From: Candidatus Oxydemutatoraceae bacterium
GTDB lineage: Bacteria; Pseudomonadota; Gammaproteobacteria; Poriferisulfidales; Oxydemutatoraceae
DNA: 64,000 nucleotides
Reading direction: 5' to 3'
Assembly (NCBI GenBank): GCA_965220085.1
Contig: CBDCOZ010000003.1
Coordinates: 1,792,001 to 1,856,000, forward strand
Part shown: positions 60,574 through 64,000 of the stretch, piece by piece
Position numbering within the stretch: position 1 is the stretch's first letter
Layout of the letters: every line of letters begins with the position of its first letter
Made by a program: the position numbers and the translations under genes
The notes under the pieces: generated by a model
Database searches by the model: none
Seen by the model: only the letters and a program-made list of their open reading frames with translations
What the model was told of the DNA's origin: nothing

Positions 60574-61710
60574 TTAATTATTCTCCCTCATACGAGTGCT
60601 GTATGTATCTCTCAGGTGACAAATCTCTGTCCATTCGCCGCTCTCATTTTTGTATTGCCATTTAGACCACCCGTTTCTAGAACGAGCTTCTGGACTAACC
60701 TTTTGTACTACAATACATGCTGCTTTGGAGGGGGTCCCGTAGGAAGTGCCATCAACTTCAATTTCACCATTGCCCGTAACCCTACCCCAAAAAACTTCAC
60801 CTTTGCTAACAAGCTTCCAACTATCTCCCTCGGCTACTAAGCCGGAGGAAATTAAATCTGCAATGGAAACCCTTTTCTTCTTTTTTACATTGCTCTCTGA
60901 ATCATCCTTTCCCTCTTTATTATGAGCAACACTAGCTATTACCGTATCGTCATCCTCCAAAGTACCAGAAGACATATCTATTTGTATCTTTCCCTCTTCA
61001 TCTGCAATGTCTTCCAAGTAAGAGATTATTCTCTTTACAGGAATCTTAATGTCCTCAACCGTACCTACCCTTTCTTCTTTAAACTCCTTTTTGATAGCTT
61101 TAGCCAAAGTATCAAAAGGTTCGGACATGAGCGATGCCATTGCATTCTCAATCTGATAGTCAACCATGTGCTCTTTATATGTCTTCTGTATATCTTTATT
61201 TTCCAGACATCCTCTGCTTAGAAGACCCACAAACTTTTCTGCTAACTCTTGAGTTGGCAATCCATCATCGGTATCCATATCTTCAATAGATAAAGTCATG
61301 AACCTCCAACTCTCATAAGAACCTCCCGCTTTAGAGTTGTACATTACATAGCGACTTCCATTTGACAGAACACCCCATTGCGTCCCCGCCTCTCCCAGAT
61401 AAGTACACAATTGCTTAATATATTTAGGATTATTTAAATCGCTACCAAATGCCTTAGCTTCCAGAATTAACAGAGGAGTTTCTTTGTCTTTCTGAGAGAA
61501 AAAGGCATAGTCTGCCGGATCCTTATAGTTGCCGAACTTACACTCGCTTTTCACAGACTCAAAGTCTCCAAAATCCCAGCCCATAGCCCTGAACAAAGGG
61601 TTAATCAGGCCCTGTCTTGTATCCATCTCGGAGATATTGCTACTAGACTTCTTCAGGTTTAATATTTTTTCTTTTAACTCTTTCAGGCTTTGTTCTACTT
61701 CTTTCGACAT
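60574..61710 (-). CDS. HsdR_N-type PD-(D/E)xK nuclease with a C-terminal RAMA-like domain
   Basis: SEMDTRQGLINPLFRAMGWD, ADYAF..ILEAK, QLCTY, WGVLSNG; C-terminal SIADLISSGLV..G...YGTPSKAA...SRNGWSKW. Confidence 0.75.
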   Translation of the reverse strand: MSKEVEQSLKELKEKILNLKKSSSNISEMDTRQGLINPLFRAMGWDFGDFESVKSECKFGNYKDPADYAFFSQKDKETPLLILEAKAFGSDLNNPKYIKQLCTYLGEAGTQWGVLSNGSRYVMYNSKAGGSYESWRFMTLSIEDMDTDDGLPTQELAEKFVGLLSRGCLENKDIQKTYKEHMVDYQIENAMASLMSEPFDTLAKAIKKEFKEERVGTVEDIKIPVKRIISYLEDIADEEGKIQIDMSSGTLEDDDTVIASVAHNKEGKDDSESNVKKKKRVSIADLISSGLVAEGDSWKLVSKGEVFWGRVTGNGEIEVDGTSYGTPSKAACIVVQKVSPEARSRNGWSKWQYKNESGEWTEICHLRDTYSTRMRENN

Positions 61711-61792
61711 GTTTACTCCTCCAAACCTTATGACTAAGTGGAATACGATTATAAGTTAACCAAGAGCGCGACCAAATAAAATGTGTGGAAGC

Positions 61793-61951
61793 TTACTTGT
61801 CTTTCTTAGAAAGCTTTGCGGCGGCTTCAATCACTTTATTTTGCTCTCTGATGGATTTGTCAATAATCTTTTTGAATGCCTTGTTTTGCTCTCCGGCGCT
61901 TGCCCGCATAAACCTGGAAAAAGAGTTCCCGTCTTTGTCTTTTTTCGCCAT
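61793..61951 (-). CDS. Small basic helical hypothetical protein (52 aa)
   Basis: MAKKDKDGNSFSRFMRASAGEQNKAFKKIIDKSIREQNK; GGGA upstream and a promoter-like sequence nearby. Confidence 0.55.
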   Translation of the reverse strand: MAKKDKDGNSFSRFMRASAGEQNKAFKKIIDKSIREQNKVIEAAAKLSKKDK

Positions 61952-61985
61952 TTTGATATCCCGTAAATTTAACAATTGAAACTGT

Positions 61986-62013
61986 ATTCTAGCCAAAATC
62001 CGCCCGTTGACAA
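61986..62013 (-). promoter_or_regulatory. Sigma70-like promoter for the small gene (and possibly the nuclease)
   Basis: TTGTCA, 16-nt spacer, TAGAAT. Confidence 0.45.
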
Positions 62014-62300
62014 TTAGATGTTTGATGCCATGACATACCGGACACCCGGGGCAAATATTGCGCGTGGCATGGGCGCTTGAATCTTCAGCCCCATAGCGTG
62101 GTCGTCGGATGTCAAACCATAACGGATACTTATCCGACGATCATTAAATGTCCGCAGGTCGTCAGCAACAAACCCGCTTCAAATTCCGCAGACTATTCCC
62201 GAAGAGTGCGGTTAAAGCACTCATTGGATGCATTCATTTATATCCTGTCTCACCCTTGCACACCTCATAACACCCCCTTCTCCGCCGCAGGGCGCTTGCG

Positions 62301-64000
62301 CTATCGCAGCGGGCCTTCAAGGAAGATGCGCAACCGCAGACGCAGGTCCCGTTGGCGAATGCATTCCGGGGGTTCCGGGACTTCCGAGGGGTCCGCCAAG
62401 TCTACCGTGATGACACCTCTGTTGGCGCTGGTCGCTCTGGCGCTGCCATCGGCGGCGGCGGTAGTCACGCGAAATTCAAAACTGTTGTAGCCCATGGTCG
62501 GCACGGCGTTGGCATTGGGGGCGAAGCAGATGCCGCCTGCGCCTGCGAAGTCTCCTGTGGCGTCTAGGGGTACGGGGGTCCCCGAACCTGAGAGGCTTCG
62601 TGCCAAGCCGTCTTCTCCCAGCGGGACCCCAAATCCTTCGGTGCCGATCTCAGGATACACGGTCAATTCCACAAGGTTGTCGCCGTCCTCATCGCTAAAG
62701 GTGAAGTCGCACGGGCTGAAGCAGTGGGGGTTAGAGTTGTCTGCGGACGAAGGCACAAAAACTCTGTTGTTCAGAGCCATCGGCGCATCGTTGACATTGC
62801 GCACCCGGGCGACGGCGGAACACAGCGGCCCCTCTTCGGCGGGGGTTGCGTGCTCGTCCATAAAAGAGACGCAGACGCGGATGTACAACCCCACATGGGC
62901 CTGCAATGGAGTAAATGTGCGGCTGGTGGCGCCGGCTATGGCGGCGTAGGCATCGGCGGCCGGAGCGCCGCTGGCCGGGGCCGGGGCGGACTGCCACTGC
63001 CATTGCAGCGTACTCTGATTTATGACATTGGGTTCCACTATGCTGGCGGTGTTGGCAGTCAATTCGGTGTCTTCGGCGTGGGTGGGGTTCTGAGCGCTGG
63101 TGGCCGGGGTGATGCCGGACGCGCCGGTAGCTTTAATCTGTTGGTCGGTGAACAGATTGATGGTGAGGGTGTAGGCATCCACAGATCTTCTGTCGGAGCC
63201 CGTGCCGGTGTCCTCTATCCTATAGTCGAAGCTGTCGTAGTTATTCCGTGCCGAGGCGCCGGGATTCGGATAGTATGCCAGGGCGTTGAGTTCGGTCAGG
63301 GTCAGTTGGCTGCTGGCGGTCAGGGTCCGGGTCTCGCCCGCCACCACCAGAGTGCCCGCCGTCGGCAGACTGGCCAAGCGTATGCCCTTGAGGGTGTCGC
63401 CATCTTCGTCGGTGATGGGAAAGTCGTTTATGTCAAAGTCGTGCGGATTAGCGGCGTTGGCGGTGATGGGCACATCCACGGCGGTGTCGCGGCCCTCCGG
63501 CGCATCGCTGACATTGGCTATGATGTTGCCGTCGGTGCATCGCATCTCGCTGGCCGGGGTGGGATGCAGATCCCTGAAAGAGGCGCAGACGCGAATGTAT
63601 GTCCCCACATCTGCCTGCCGGGGAGTGAATCTGGCAGAGGTAGCGCCGCTGATGGCGGCGTAGGCATTGGCGGCCGGGGCGCCGCTGGCCGGGGCCGGGG
63701 CCGATTGCCATTGCCAGCGCAGGGTGCCGGTGTTTATGACATTGTTGTCGGCTATGGCGCCGATGGCGGCGGTGATGGTCACATCCTCGTTCCAGACTGT
63801 GGTGCCGGCGGCGGCGGACACTGCGGGCTTGCCGGTGGCGGCCTCCTGAGTGGGATTGAACAGATGGATGGTCATGGTGCCCCGCGCGATGTTGGCGGGA
63901 GTTCCTGCGGCGGTGACATAGAAGAAGAATGTGTCGTAGTTGCGCGTCTGCGCCTGGCCCGTGGGCGGATAGTAGCTGATGGTGGATATGGCATTTGCGG
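62301..64000 (-). CDS. 3' part of surface protein D (Ig/cadherin-like repeats of a different type), ending DLRLRLRIFLEGPLR; 5'-truncated by the window edge
   Basis: The frame stays open from 63875 to 64000 (ANAISTISYYPPTGQAQTRNYDTFFFYV...). It has repeated WQWQSAPAP..YAAI.GAT...FTP.QA.VG.YIRVC and NV(S/N)DAP...DEDGD units. Confidence 0.88.
   Translation of the reverse strand, partial: ANAISTISYYPPTGQAQTRNYDTFFFYVTAAGTPANIARGTMTIHLFNPTQEAATGKPAVSAAAGTTVWNEDVTITAAIGAIADNNVINTGTLRWQWQSAPAPASGAPAANAYAAISGATSARFTPRQADVGTYIRVCASFRDLHPTPASEMRCTDGNIIANVSDAPEGRDTAVDVPITANAANPHDFDINDFPITDEDGDTLKGIRLASLPTAGTLVVAGETRTLTASSQLTLTELNALAYYPNPGASARNNYDSFDYRIEDTGTGSDRRSVDAYTLTINLFTDQQIKATGASGITPATSAQNPTHAEDTELTANTASIVEPNVINQSTLQWQWQSAPAPASGAPAADAYAAIAGATSRTFTPLQAHVGLYIRVCVSFMDEHATPAEEGPLCSAVARVRNVNDAPMALNNRVFVPSSADNSNPHCFSPCDFTFSDEDGDNLVELTVYPEIGTEGFGVPLGEDGLARSLSGSGTPVPLDATGDFAGAGGICFAPNANAVPTMGYNSFEFRVTTAAADGSARATSANRGVITVDLADPSEVPEPPECIRQRDLRLRLRIFLEGPLR

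Overview
GC-rich gammaproteobacterial DNA (assigned from the 16S gene). Positions 1-46155 hold three giant, tandem, minus-strand surface-protein genes: >=7000 aa (runs off the left edge and is absent from the ORF track), 4042 aa and 3997 aa. Each has a long Sec-type signal peptide, one to four GLUG-like beta-helix+FN3 head modules and about 19 to >=55 cadherin-like repeats. A decayed paralog lies between the first two genes. A fourth surface-protein gene with different repeats enters at the right edge. Every C-terminus visible in the window ends in the same motif, L[KR]LRLR[LI]FLEGPLR-stop (the fourth gene reads DLRLRLRIFLEGPLR). None shows a beta-barrel, RTX repeats or a transmembrane anchor, so this motif is the best candidate here for an undescribed C-terminal secretion or sorting signal. 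The paralogs share near-identical DNA patches, and the head modules vary mainly in short loops. The remainder holds a methanofuran/H4MPT-linked C1 cofactor biosynthesis cluster with pabB, a membrane-anchored pentapeptide-repeat gene, a FetB-like permease, a DpnII-type R-M pair, an unlinked 16S rRNA gene, and a defence-like island (DUF4258 gene, a stop-interrupted HTH antitoxin, Fic, an HsdR_N-RAMA nuclease). All calls come from reading the sequence; no database searches were run.
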